Origin: Macrostomum lignano
Lineage: Eukaryota
Assembly (NCBI GenBank): GCA_002269645.1
Contig: NIVC01001746.1
Location: 124,001-188,000, forward strand
DNA length: 64,000 bases
Reading direction: 5' to 3'
The position numbers and the translations under genes were made by a program. This document shows, one piece after another, positions 12,891 to 24,243 of the stretch. The notes beneath the pieces were generated by a model. That model was not told where the DNA came from and did no database searches. It saw nothing but the letters and a program-made list of their open reading frames with translations. The stretch's first letter is position 1, and every line of letters begins with the position of its first letter.

Positions 12891-14351
12891 ATGTCAGCCT
12901 CCAGGAAGCGGACTGATTCGTCCAGCTCGTCTTCATCGTCATCAACTTTCGACGAAAGCGAAGACGACTCAGATGAGGACGTCCTCGAGAGACGGGCGAT
13001 CAGAGAGTTTGACAACAAGGCTGATCAAGCAGCGTCTGCTCTGCTGTACGAGGCTGAGCTGCCTAGGATAAATAATTCAGCCGCAAGGAACAAGCCAGCA
13101 GCGGCAGCTACGGTGCTCGAATACACCGAGGCGTTGAATCTGTTCAACAGACTGCACATGTGCGGCCTGCAGCAACGCGCCCTGCCATCGGAGTTCAACC
13201 CGACCCTAATCACCAGCATTCTCAACACTGTGAAGCCGGTATTCTGTTCTGACGCCAGCTGTCTGCAGCTCTCCAGTCCCGTAGTGCTGTTCGGAGACAT
13301 CCACGGCGAATTCCAGCAGCTGGCGAAGCTGACGGACATCCTGGGTCGTCCGCCCGGTCGGTCCTACCTGTACCTAGGCGACTACGTCGACCGGGGACCC
13401 CAGTCGCTCGAGACGCTGCTCTACCTCATGCTGATGAAGATTCTGCACCCGACCACAACATTTGTGCTGCGCGGCAATCACGAGGATAGGCGAGTTTATC
13501 GGCATTTTAATTTTGAAAACGACTTAATGCGAATATTTGGCACGTCGCAGGGCCAGTCGTTGAGCGGCCTGTTTGCTACTGTGCTAGCCTACATGCCCCT
13601 GTGCGCCATCATCAACGGCGAAGTGTTCTGCTGCCACGGTGGCCTGTCGCCGCACTTCAATCACAACCGGTTTGCCAGCTGTCAGAAGGCTCTAGTAGAG
13701 CGTATTAACGCTTTGTCAAAGCCCGTGCTGTTTCGCCGACACGACTTCGTTGCTGACTTGCTTTGGTCGGACCCGCTGGACCTGTCGGACTATCAGATGC
13801 CCAATCTGCGCGCTCTGGCCCGAACAGTTGACGAGTGGTGCGACCAGCGGATCCGGGTGATCGAATCTCAGGTTGGAAAGGTCGGCAGCGTGAGCCGAGC
13901 TCGATCGCAAACCAGTCGAGTATCGAACCATTCCACCATGGCCCTGGCCAACTCGGAAAACTCCAAAGAGCCCATAGCAACGGTGGTCGATTGGCTGCCA
14001 AATCCTCGAGGCATTTCCTACGTGTTCAGCCGGTCGGCGCTGAACGAATTTATGAAACGCTACAAAATCAACTGGATGGTCCGCGGTCACATGTTCGTGT
14101 CGAACGGATTCAATGAAAGCCTGGGCGGTCGCTGTATGACCCTGTTCTCGGCGGCTGATTACGCTCAGAAGTATCACAACACGGCAGCCGTGCTGGTGAT
14201 CGAGGGCACCACGTCCAGTTCGAGCAGAGAGTTCCCCGGTCGAATAATTCGATACACAAAAAACTCTCTGATGGGCTTTGGTGGCTCTCTGCCGGTTGAG
14301 ACCAATCGATGGCCGAGGGAAATCGCCAATCGAGCGAGGGTCAACTACTAA
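12891..14351 (+). CDS. PPP-family Ser/Thr protein phosphatase, divergent PP1-like, apparently single exon
   Basis: Motifs GDIHG, GDYVDRG, LRGNHE, HGG, LWSDP, RG, RGH and TLFSAADY in canonical order. First in-frame ATG at 12891 (track start 12864 is TTG); a short upstream exon from ATG 12768 cannot be excluded. Confidence 0.92.
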   Translation: MSASRKRTDSSSSSSSSSTFDESEDDSDEDVLERRAIREFDNKADQAASALLYEAELPRINNSAARNKPAAAATVLEYTEALNLFNRLHMCGLQQRALPSEFNPTLITSILNTVKPVFCSDASCLQLSSPVVLFGDIHGEFQQLAKLTDILGRPPGRSYLYLGDYVDRGPQSLETLLYLMLMKILHPTTTFVLRGNHEDRRVYRHFNFENDLMRIFGTSQGQSLSGLFATVLAYMPLCAIINGEVFCCHGGLSPHFNHNRFASCQKALVERINALSKPVLFRRHDFVADLLWSDPLDLSDYQMPNLRALARTVDEWCDQRIRVIESQVGKVGSVSRARSQTSRVSNHSTMALANSENSKEPIATVVDWLPNPRGISYVFSRSALNEFMKRYKINWMVRGHMFVSNGFNESLGGRCMTLFSAADYAQKYHNTAAVLVIEGTTSSSSREFPGRIIRYTKNSLMGFGGSLPVETNRWPREIANRARVNY

Positions 14352-14617
14352 ATTTGTAGCCTCCAAACCTGTCAATTGGAGGTTGGGCTCGCATCTTTTA
14401 GTTGTTTCTCTATCCTGTGGCTTGTCTGAACTTTTTAAGTTATTTTTTATTTTCAGAATTATATTATCCGTCCAGACACAAAAAAACTGTATGACGTTTC
14501 AGCAAGATACACAAACTGTGTAAATAAATACAGCCAACTGGACTTTTTGCTTTCGGACTTTTGTTTGACAAAACAGTCTGTAGTGGCGTCTTGAGGTGCG
14601 TGTTGGTTGGGGCGGAC

Positions 14618-15018
14618 TGAAGTGCATCTGTAGGGGTGTCTTAAAGTACATCTGTAGGGGTGTCTTAAAGTGCATCTGTAGGGGTGTCTTAAAGTGCATC
14701 TGTAGCGGTGTCTTAAAGTGCATCTGTAGGGGTGTCTTGAAGTGCATCTGTAGGGGTGTCTTAAAGTACATCTGTAGGGGTGTCTTAAAGTGCATCTGTA
14801 GGGGTGTCCTAAAGTGCATCTGTAGGGGTGTCTTAAAGTGCATCTGTAGGGGTGTCTTAAAGTGCATCTGTAGGGGTGTCTTGAAGTGCATCTGTAGGGG
14901 TGTCTTAAAGTACATCTGTAGGGGTGTCTTAAAGTGCATCTGTAGGGGTGTCTTGAAGTGCATCTATAGGGGTGTCGTAAAGTACATCTGTAGAGGTGTC
15001 TTGAAGTGCATCTGTAGG
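14618..15018. repeat. 24-bp minisatellite AAAGTGCATCTGTAGGGGTGTCTT
   Basis: Tandem array. Confidence 0.95.
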
Positions 15019-15518
15019 CTAGAAATCTTTGCCAGCCGTTGGGGACTGTTAATCTGTTAAAAAATGATGCTTCAAGCAATAAAAGAACCTGCCCGGATAG
15101 CCAGCTATCTAGCCTAAGATATGAGATCCGCTATGAGCTTTAGCTCAAAGCGCCTGAGCAACCCCAACCCCCATAAGCCACAGGATTTCAGCAATACTCC
15201 CATAAGCCATGCATCTTAGCAATTGCAGTCTTAGTTTATCTTGGCTTTATTAGGGGCCTGTCTCAGCCTTTGGTTCCGTCCTAGGGACTTCAGTACTTGG
15301 GCTTGAAGCTAATTGGCTGCCCTGCTGTAGCACGCAACCACAGCCTTCGCAGTATAAAACGGGGTGGTGGGTAACGATTCTCAGGACGACGACAGCCAAT
15401 CAGATTCAGGCAGTTCTGGGAAACAGAGAAGCGAGCCAGACAATACCTTAATGAGCTATAAGTTCAGGTGCAATCGACAGGAGACAAAGGTCAATATTTA
15501 CGTCGAAAAAAGGTTGAG

Positions 15519-15541
15519 AAAGAGAGAGAGAGAGAGAGGGA

Positions 15542-15573
<32 letters not shown>

Positions 15574-15612
15574 TAGAGGGAGAGAGAGAGATAGAGGGAG
15601 AGAGAGAGACAG
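15519..15612. repeat. (GA)n
   Basis: Dinucleotide array. Confidence 0.9.
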
Positions 15613-16289
15613 AGGCTTGCAGTAGCGAGCCTTCAAGCATCCCACAGCTGAAGCAATTATTGTGAAGTGGCTGCGCAGGCCTGGTATGATAAGGAGGGTA
15701 AAGCAAGCCATCTTCAAGCAGAATAACAAGCGGTGCATGTCGCTTTCTGCATTAGACGCAGGTGTTCAAGAAAAAAATTACAAACTAACCTAGGAAAAAT
15801 GATTCAGTTGAGAAACAGAGAATTGGCTGTGGATCTGGCAATTTTGTCCCAAGCCGTTTTCTCGCAGTACCCGAGCTGGCAAGCATGGGGTTCGCGTCAG
15901 TAGCAATAATTGGCAATTCAAATCACAGCACAGATTCAGTTGCAATGTAATTAAACTGATCTAAAATTTGTCAACGATTTCTGCGACATTGTCCCACAGC
16001 CATAGCGCTGAGCCAGTTCTGCCCATTCCGCTGATTCACAGGCTCACTCAGGTGTACAGCGGTCCTTGTGACTTTCTAATCGTCAGGCATGTGCACTCTC
16101 TGTGTAGCATGGACATCAAATAAGGAAATGGAGCTAATCAATCGAAAAGTATGTTCTAGAAAGTTCCAATCCAGAATTAAGACGCATCCTGTCACAGTTT
16201 AGTCAATAGAAAACCGTTTACACAAGGTAGAAATTGAAGTTCACTGCCTGTTTAACTGTAGTTGGGATTTTTTGTGCTCCCCGTGATAA

Positions 16290-16700
16290 CTGGTCCTGAG
16301 ATCACTGGTGGTGGCCTGAGCTAGTCAGTCTTGCTTTCCTGGAGTCCAAAGTGCAGTAAATATGTTTAATGAACTGGTTGGCCCGTGTTTACGAGGGAAT
16401 CACGTGCCCTGGGACCTCTGCCTTCTCTAGGTCGGGAGGTGACGTCAGTTCTAAAAATAGACACTGAATCACGCGGTCTGGCGCACTCTGCCTGAGGACC
16501 CCTGCCTTCTCTAAGGCTGGAGATGACGTCAGTTCTAAAAATAGAACTAAGTCACGCGGTTTAGCGCAGAATGGCGCAATGGGGATTCCCAGCCTGTATA
16601 AGTACGGGCCCTTTTGCCCTTGTTTCCGTCAAGAAGTCCTACTAGTTTCCTAGTTGTTCAGTTGACTTGGTGCTAGCGCTGGTGGCAGCGGGGTGGGATG
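16290..16700 (+). mobile_element. Degenerate Gypsy-type LTR remnant followed by a tRNA-Leu-like PBS
   Basis: ~84-bp internal direct repeat, TATA-like TATAAGTA, motifs shared with the 44.3-kb LTR (CTAAAAATAG; CTAGT[T/AT]TCCTAG), then TGGTGGCAGCGGGGTGGGAT at 16680-16699. Termini and TSD not found. Confidence 0.5.
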
Positions 16701-17269
16701 CACTGAGAACCTACAAAACCACCTTGAGACAACCCTCTATACTTCAAAACATTTTACTGCAGAGGATAAAGTATTTTACCTAATGACTCAAGAAGATGGT
16801 GACATAATGGAACTTCAATTTAATCAAAATAATACCATAAAATAAAAATCAACTCCCTCAGCACTACTCGAATCGAACTCACTCTGCAGACGGCAAAAAT
16901 AACCGGATGCGTTTGCTAATCCAAAATCGAGAAAAACATTTTTCATAGCTAATTTTTTTATTAAACAGATTAGCTGACATTTAATACACGACTGTTGTAG
17001 ACAGCAAAGCCACAGTTACTCTTTCATATTCTCATCAATTTTGGCTTTTAATTACACAACATATTGTTTTCTCTGAAGCCTTTTTAGAGCAGTAATCTGT
17101 TCAGGGTGAAGTTGTACTTAAAAATCCAGTTAATCCCCGTGTTTTTTGTGTTTTCGTTTAGCTTTGAAATATACACAAATAATACGGCATTGTATATAGC
17201 GAGTTTTGACAAAACGTCTCGTAGGACAAAAATGGTATTTTATTCGATTCGAAACTAAATTAAAATTAG

Positions 17270-18467
<1,198 letters not shown>

Positions 18468-18671
18468 GGGTCAGCCCCTGCAGCAAATGCGATGGAGAAG
18501 TTGTCAGCCAATAACAGGCCGGGATTTGAGTCCCATGCCAACTTATAAATTATAGGTACTGCCGGGTAAAACTGGGAATTACAGTTCCTGTGATCTGTCA
18601 TTCATCTTCTTCTTGATCATTTCTACAACCTTCCCTAGAACCCCCGCCACTGTAAAACGGGCAAATACGCA

Positions 18672-21027
18672 ATGTCCTCTATTAGTGCGTTTACAGTGTA
18701 CCTGCTAATCGCCATCAAAATCGTCATCATGCTGCTGGGACTGCTTGGCAACCTGCTCGTCATTCTAGTCGTGGCAAACATCGCCAAGATGCACACCCGG
18801 GTTAACGCAATGCTGGTGAATCTGGCCATCGCCGACCTGATGTCTCTGCTGATCTGCGTGCCGCACAACATTATGCAGCAGTTTGAGAACCTGTACAAAC
18901 CGGAGTGGCTGTGTGAGTACCAGAAGGTTCACCTTTATCTATCCGATCTTAGTTGTGTTCACCGACAATTGAAGCAGAAGGAAAATACATTAGATTTTAT
19001 TCCAGTACAGCATTTCGGACTTCAGTAACGTCTTACGCTGTACGGGCTTAGAAATGAGGGGGGCGGGTCTGAAGAACGGATAGCGCTGAATGGAGTTTGG
19101 CCATAGACGAATCCGGTGGAGAAAGATCCAATTTCTTGGGAGCATATTAAACGCACTGGCGACACTACTAATACACATATATATGAGTGTACCAGCTCAT
19201 TTCCAAGAGACCTGCTTCAGTTGTAGATGTTTTGTTTTGGGGCTGAGTTTTCACCGTATCTGTCCAGTTTTTTATGGTTGGGTGTTCAGCATATCTATCG
19301 ATAATAAGCGCTGCTTGGTTGCTTACAAGCATCAAGCTGCACGAATGTCAACCCTAAATCAATTTTTTTAAAAACCAGTCGCACCAAGTCCAAATTAGGA
19401 ATAAAAACAATTTTTTACCTGATATTCAGTTTCAATTGAAAACATAAATATTTAACAACTTTGGAAGTGTTTTGGTGCGTGATTAGAACAAAGAAAACTA
19501 AGATTGAACTGCAATTATTGGAAAGGAGGTTGTATTAACTAGACCTGGCTGGATTGTAGATTGTTTATAAGGTATATCTGTTAGTTTTTGTGTGTTTCAA
19601 TGGTTAGATCCATAATTAGTTTGTAGTGATTTAACGGTTAGATCCATTAGTTTGTAGTGATTTAACGGTTAGATTCGTTAGTTTGTAGTTATTTAACGGT
19701 TAGATCCATTCGTTTGTAGTGATTTAACGGTTAGATTCGTTAGTTTTTAGTGATTTAACGGTTAGATCCGTTAGTTTATAGTGATTTAACGGTTAGATCC
19801 GTTAGTTTGTAGTGATTTAACGGTTAGATCCATTAGTTTGTAGTTATTTAACGGTTAGATCCATTAGTTTGTAGTGATTTAACGGTTAGATCCATTAGTT
19901 TGTAGTGATTTAACGGTTAGATCCGTTAGTTTGTAGTGATTTAACGGTTAGATCCATGTAGTTTGTAGTGATTTAACGGTTAGTTCCATTAATTTGTAGA
20001 GATTTAACGGTTAGATCCGTTAGTTTATAGTGATTTAACGGTTAGATCCGTTAGTTTGTAGTGATTTAATGGTTAGATACGTTAAAGATCCGTCAGCTCT
20101 AACTAGAGAGTAACCTGCCACCCGACAGGTAAGCTGGCGTTCGGCTTCGAGCACCTGTTCACCATGGCCTCTAGCTTGACAATCGTGTCCATCGCTCTCG
20201 AACGCTTCGCCGTCATCTGGCTGCCATTGCGAGGCCCAACTCTGCTGGCCAACCGGGGTTTCCGCGTGGTCGCAATGTCCGCCATCTGGTTGGTGCCGCT
20301 GGCTTGCGCCCTGCCCTATTTTCACCTGCCCGAGGTGCACTCTGAGACGCTGCAGCCAACGTCAAATAGCAGCGAGAACGGTGGCAAACAATACATGGTG
20401 CACTACTGCCGCCTGCCCGCTAGCCAGTCTGAGCAGAACTTTACTAGCCAGGGCCAGTCGTCCAACAGCAACTTTCTGCTGGGGCTCGCACCGGAGGGAT
20501 TCTACGTGCTGAGCTCGGTTATTGAGCTGTTCCTGCCCATGCTGGTGATTGCCCTGCTGTACACCGCTATCTTCTACAAGCTGCTTCACTCGATGCGAAA
20601 ACTGCGCGGCAGCCGGCAGGTCGCTATCAGCTCGGAAGTGTCGACTACGTCGTTAAACTCCGGAGCCCTGATGGAGCGCCGGCGAGTGGTCTACTTCAGC
20701 GCCCTGATCGCTTCGCTGTTCTTCGTGACGGCCATACCGTTTCGAGCGTTCGCTCTGTGCATGTCGCATCACGCCTGCTTCTTCGGCTTGATCAACTCTA
20801 TTCAACAGTCCGGAGTCATCGCCGTGCTGCACTGCCTCACGGCGCTGCTGTACCTCAACTACTGCCTGAACCCGATCGTGTACAACCTGGTCTCTAAACG
20901 GTTCCAGAGGGCCACGGCGATCTACTTGCGCACCTGTCTGACTTGTCGACGGAACAAGCGGCGACAAGGACCGATGGTGCACCAGCAGCAGCATCGACGT
21001 TTGATGCTGCATCACCTGCAGGAGTGC

Positions 21028-21063
<36 letters not shown>

Positions 21064-21177
21064 ATGCTACTGACCCAAGACGGCATGGTGCTTGCGCCCT
21101 TGAACGGGCAGGGACTGCAGCCGGGCACTGCGCGAGTGGACTCAAACTCTGAGAGCTTCTTTGAAAGATTTCAGTGA
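18672..21177 (+). CDS. Class A (rhodopsin-like) neuropeptide GPCR, GHSR/ETHR/TRHR-like, 2 exons, ~429 aa
   Basis: Exons 18672-18912 (donor T|GTGAGT) and 20129-21177 (acceptor CAG|GT) join to give WLCKLAF (TM3 Cys). GNLLV, NLAIAD, ERF, W in TM4 and NPIVY present; 7 TM segments. An acceptor-like tract before 18639 suggests a further upstream exon. Confidence 0.88.
19600..20080. repeat. 31-bp minisatellite TTTAACGGTTAGATCCATTAGTTTGTAGTGA, GPCR intron
   Basis: Tandem array. Confidence 0.95.
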
Positions 21178-21207
21178 CGACTAATTGGTACTGTGACTAG
21201 ACGCACG

Positions 21208-21214
21208 GGCTAAT

Positions 21215-21263
<49 letters not shown>

Positions 21264-21270
21264 AAGACAG
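21208..21270. repeat. (AGAC)n
   Basis: Tetramer array 3' of the GPCR. Confidence 0.9.
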
Positions 21271-21999
21271 CCAGCCATACATACATACATGTACAGGCAG
21301 ACGGAGCCAGACAAGCAGGATAAATTGACAGTGACTGCGGAAATAAACAGGATCGCACCCACCCACCCACATTTCTGGCCAACCAGGAGGCAAGCTGACT
21401 CGAATGGATAAAAGTGCAGCTGTGTGAAACTCGACAGACACCGCACAAAATAAAAGCACTATTTCCGTAGTTTTTTTGTCGAGATATCAAATTATTCACC
21501 CAATCTGTACTTGCTGCTTGACTGGCTTGAAAACAAAGTCATCAAATTTCATCGTTAATATATTTTAGCTTTCACTAAAAGTGACTCTATTAATTTTCAA
21601 TCACTATAAAACTGACACTCAAAAAGCTGTCCGATTTCGCTGTGAACAGGGCCGGTAATTTTAGTTAATGCAGTTTTCAGTCATTGGATTGTATATTGAA
21701 AATCTGTCAATTAAGTACGGGCGTAGGAGGTTATTAAAACTGTAATTTTCGCTTCATAAAAACTAGATGGTGTATTCTCTGTACAGCATCGCATTCTCAC
21801 TGCGCGAGTACCCTGCCTAAATATGATAACTGATAGTTTAACACGCGATCTGTCACTTTATCCCTCCCGATCCCATAATGCGCAAAAATATAATAAACGA
21901 TAAATATCGGAGCTCGGCTTTCTGTTCAATACTCAAACATCTGGATTCGCGTGACAACTTGTTATTGCATGGACTCTGGCCTCCCGCTCTTACCCTGAC

Positions 22000-22392
22000 C
22001 CAATCTCCCTCTTCTCTCCACCCCTGTCATCATCTCTACTTCTCTCTCCACCTCCCCTCCCTCCATCCCCTAGTTCTCCCCCTCCCTCTCTCTCCTCTCC
22101 ACCTCCCTCTCCACCTCCCTCTCTCCCCCCTCTCCTTCTCTCCCCCTTCTCTTCACCTCCCTCTCCTTCTCTGCAACCGCCTCTCCCTCTGCACCCTTCT
22201 CTCCTTCTCCTCACCTCCCTCTCCTTCTCCTCACCTCCCTCTCCTTCTCCTCACCTCCCTCTCCTTCTCCTCACCTCCCTCTCCTTCTCCTCACCTCCCT
22301 CTCCTTCTCCTCACCTCCCTCTCCTTCTCCTCACCTCCCTCTCCTCCTCCTCACCTCCCTCTCCTTCTCTGCAACCGCCTCTCCCTCTGCAC

Positions 22393-22439
<47 letters not shown>

Positions 22440-22440
22440 C
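22000..22440. repeat. CT-rich low-complexity/minisatellite block
   Basis: TCACCTCCCTCTCCTTCTCC units followed by (CT)n. Confidence 0.9.
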
Positions 22441-22999
22441 CCCCAACTCAATCTCTCTGAGTCGTGCTCTGCATTAGGCACCTCAAAAAAGCATTTAACA
22501 AGCACATCTAATATAGCTGCATCCGGAATCCTACAGAATTTAAGCATTTGGGAGTTCGCACTGCACAGCAAACAGCCAGTCACTAAAGATGGAGCACACA
22601 TATAGCTGACTCGATTCAACAAACTGATTAGATGAATTATTGGCTAATTGATCGTCTGCTTACATAGTGTGCAGTCTGTCAGGCTATTTCAATAATATCG
22701 GAAAATATTTGCCTACGTTAATACTAGTAATATCATACAGTCCCTCCTAGGCTTGGTAAAAATTACAGACATCGACAAGGAAATACGTGAAAATTACAAT
22801 AAGAGACGAAAAATGAACTCAATAGCTAGTCTGCCCTTGGCTGTCAACACTGCAACTGCATGTGTCTTACAGACTTAATCATTAATTACATGTAGACACC
22901 TGTGTACTAGTGTATAGTCTAAAATTTGGAATAGTTCAACAAATAGGAATAAAATCTCACTTCCCCTTCTGTATGCCTTACCGTCTCACTTATTTCTAC

Positions 23000-24020
23000 T
23001 TGTCCTCTCCCTGCATCTGCCCTCTCTCTGCATTCCCCTCTCCCTGCATCTGCCCTCTCTCTGCATTCCCCTCTCCCTGCATCTGCCCTCTCTCTGCATT
23101 CCCCTCTCCCTGCATCTGCCCTCTCTCTGCATTCCCCTCTCCCTGCATCTGCCCTCTCTCTGCATTCCCCTCTCCCTGCATCTGCCCTCTCTCTGCATTC
23201 CCCTCTCCCTGCATCTGCCCTCTCTCTGCATTCCCCTCTCCCTGCATCTGCCCTCTCTCTGCATTCCCCTCTCCCTGCATCTGCCCTCTCTCTGCATTCC
23301 CCTCTCCCTGCATCTGCCCTCTCTCTGCATTCCCCTCTCCCTGCATCTGCCCTCTCCCTGCATCTGCCCTCTCCCTGCGTTACCCCTCTCCCTGCATCCC
23401 CCCTCTCCCTGCGTTACCCCCCTCCCTGCATCCCCCCTCTCCCTGCATATCCCCCTCTCCCTGCATCTCTCCCTGGCCCTGCATCCCCCTTCTTCCTGCG
23501 TTACCCCCTCCCTGCATCTGCCCTCTTACTGCATCTCCCCCTCTCCCTGCATCTCTCCCTAGCCCTGCATCCCCCTTCTCCCTGCATCTCGCCCTCTCCC
23601 TGCATCTCCCCCTCTCCCTGCATCCCCCTTCTCCCTGCGTTACCCCCTCTCCCTGCATCTCCCCCTCTCCCTGCATCCCCCCTCTCCCTGCGTTACCCCC
23701 TCTCCCTGCATCCCCCTCTCCCTGCATCTCCCCCTCTCCCTGCATCTCTCCCTGGCCCTGCATCCCCCTTCTCCCTGCTTTACCCCCTCTCCCTGCATCT
23801 CGCCCTCTCCCTGCATCTCCCCCTCTCCCTGCATCCCCCTCTCCCTGCGTTACCCCCTCTCCCTGCATCTCCCCTTTCCCTGCATCTCCCCTCTCCCTGC
23901 GTTACCCTCTCCCTGCGTTACCCTCTCCCTGCATCTCCCCCTCTCTTTGCATCTCCCCCTCTCTTTGCATCTCTCCCTGGCCCTGCATCTCTCTCCCCCT
24001 CTCCCTGCATCTCCCCTCTC
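23000..24020. repeat. 33-bp minisatellite CTCCCTGCATCTGCCCTCTCTCTGCATTCCCCT and shorter derivatives
   Basis: Homogeneous to ~23350, then degenerate. Confidence 0.94.
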
Positions 24021-24243
24021 CCGGCACCTCGCTCTTTCCTCTCTTAACACCACCCCTTTTTCCCTTACCTCGCCCAACTTAATCTCCATATCCTTTCTCA
24101 CCTGCCCCTCAAATTACTCCCTTTCCCTTCAACCGGTGCCCAAAGGCACCGAGAATCTAAAGCTTGATTGTTACCAGAAACGGCGATGATCTGACGTTAA
24201 CGAATGGGAAATATTTTCGCACAACAATTTTCTATACGTAAAG

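Noticed and set aside
13716-14375. Antisense ORFs over the phosphatase, GPCR1, TE pol and 60733-61455
   Set aside because: Shadow frames of GC-rich coding sequence; no recognisable motifs.
15340-15576. TATAAAA/CCAAT and ORF 15364 as a gene start
   Set aside because: The ORF runs into (GA)n and no downstream phase-compatible exon could be shown.
18913-19028. Continuation of ORF 18672-19028 as coding
   Set aside because: Intron read-through; the GTGAGT donor at 18913 gives the correct TM3 Cys-Lys join.
21646-21660. CAGGGCCGG hAT-like terminus (also near 63766)
   Set aside because: No matching inverted end or TSD found nearby.
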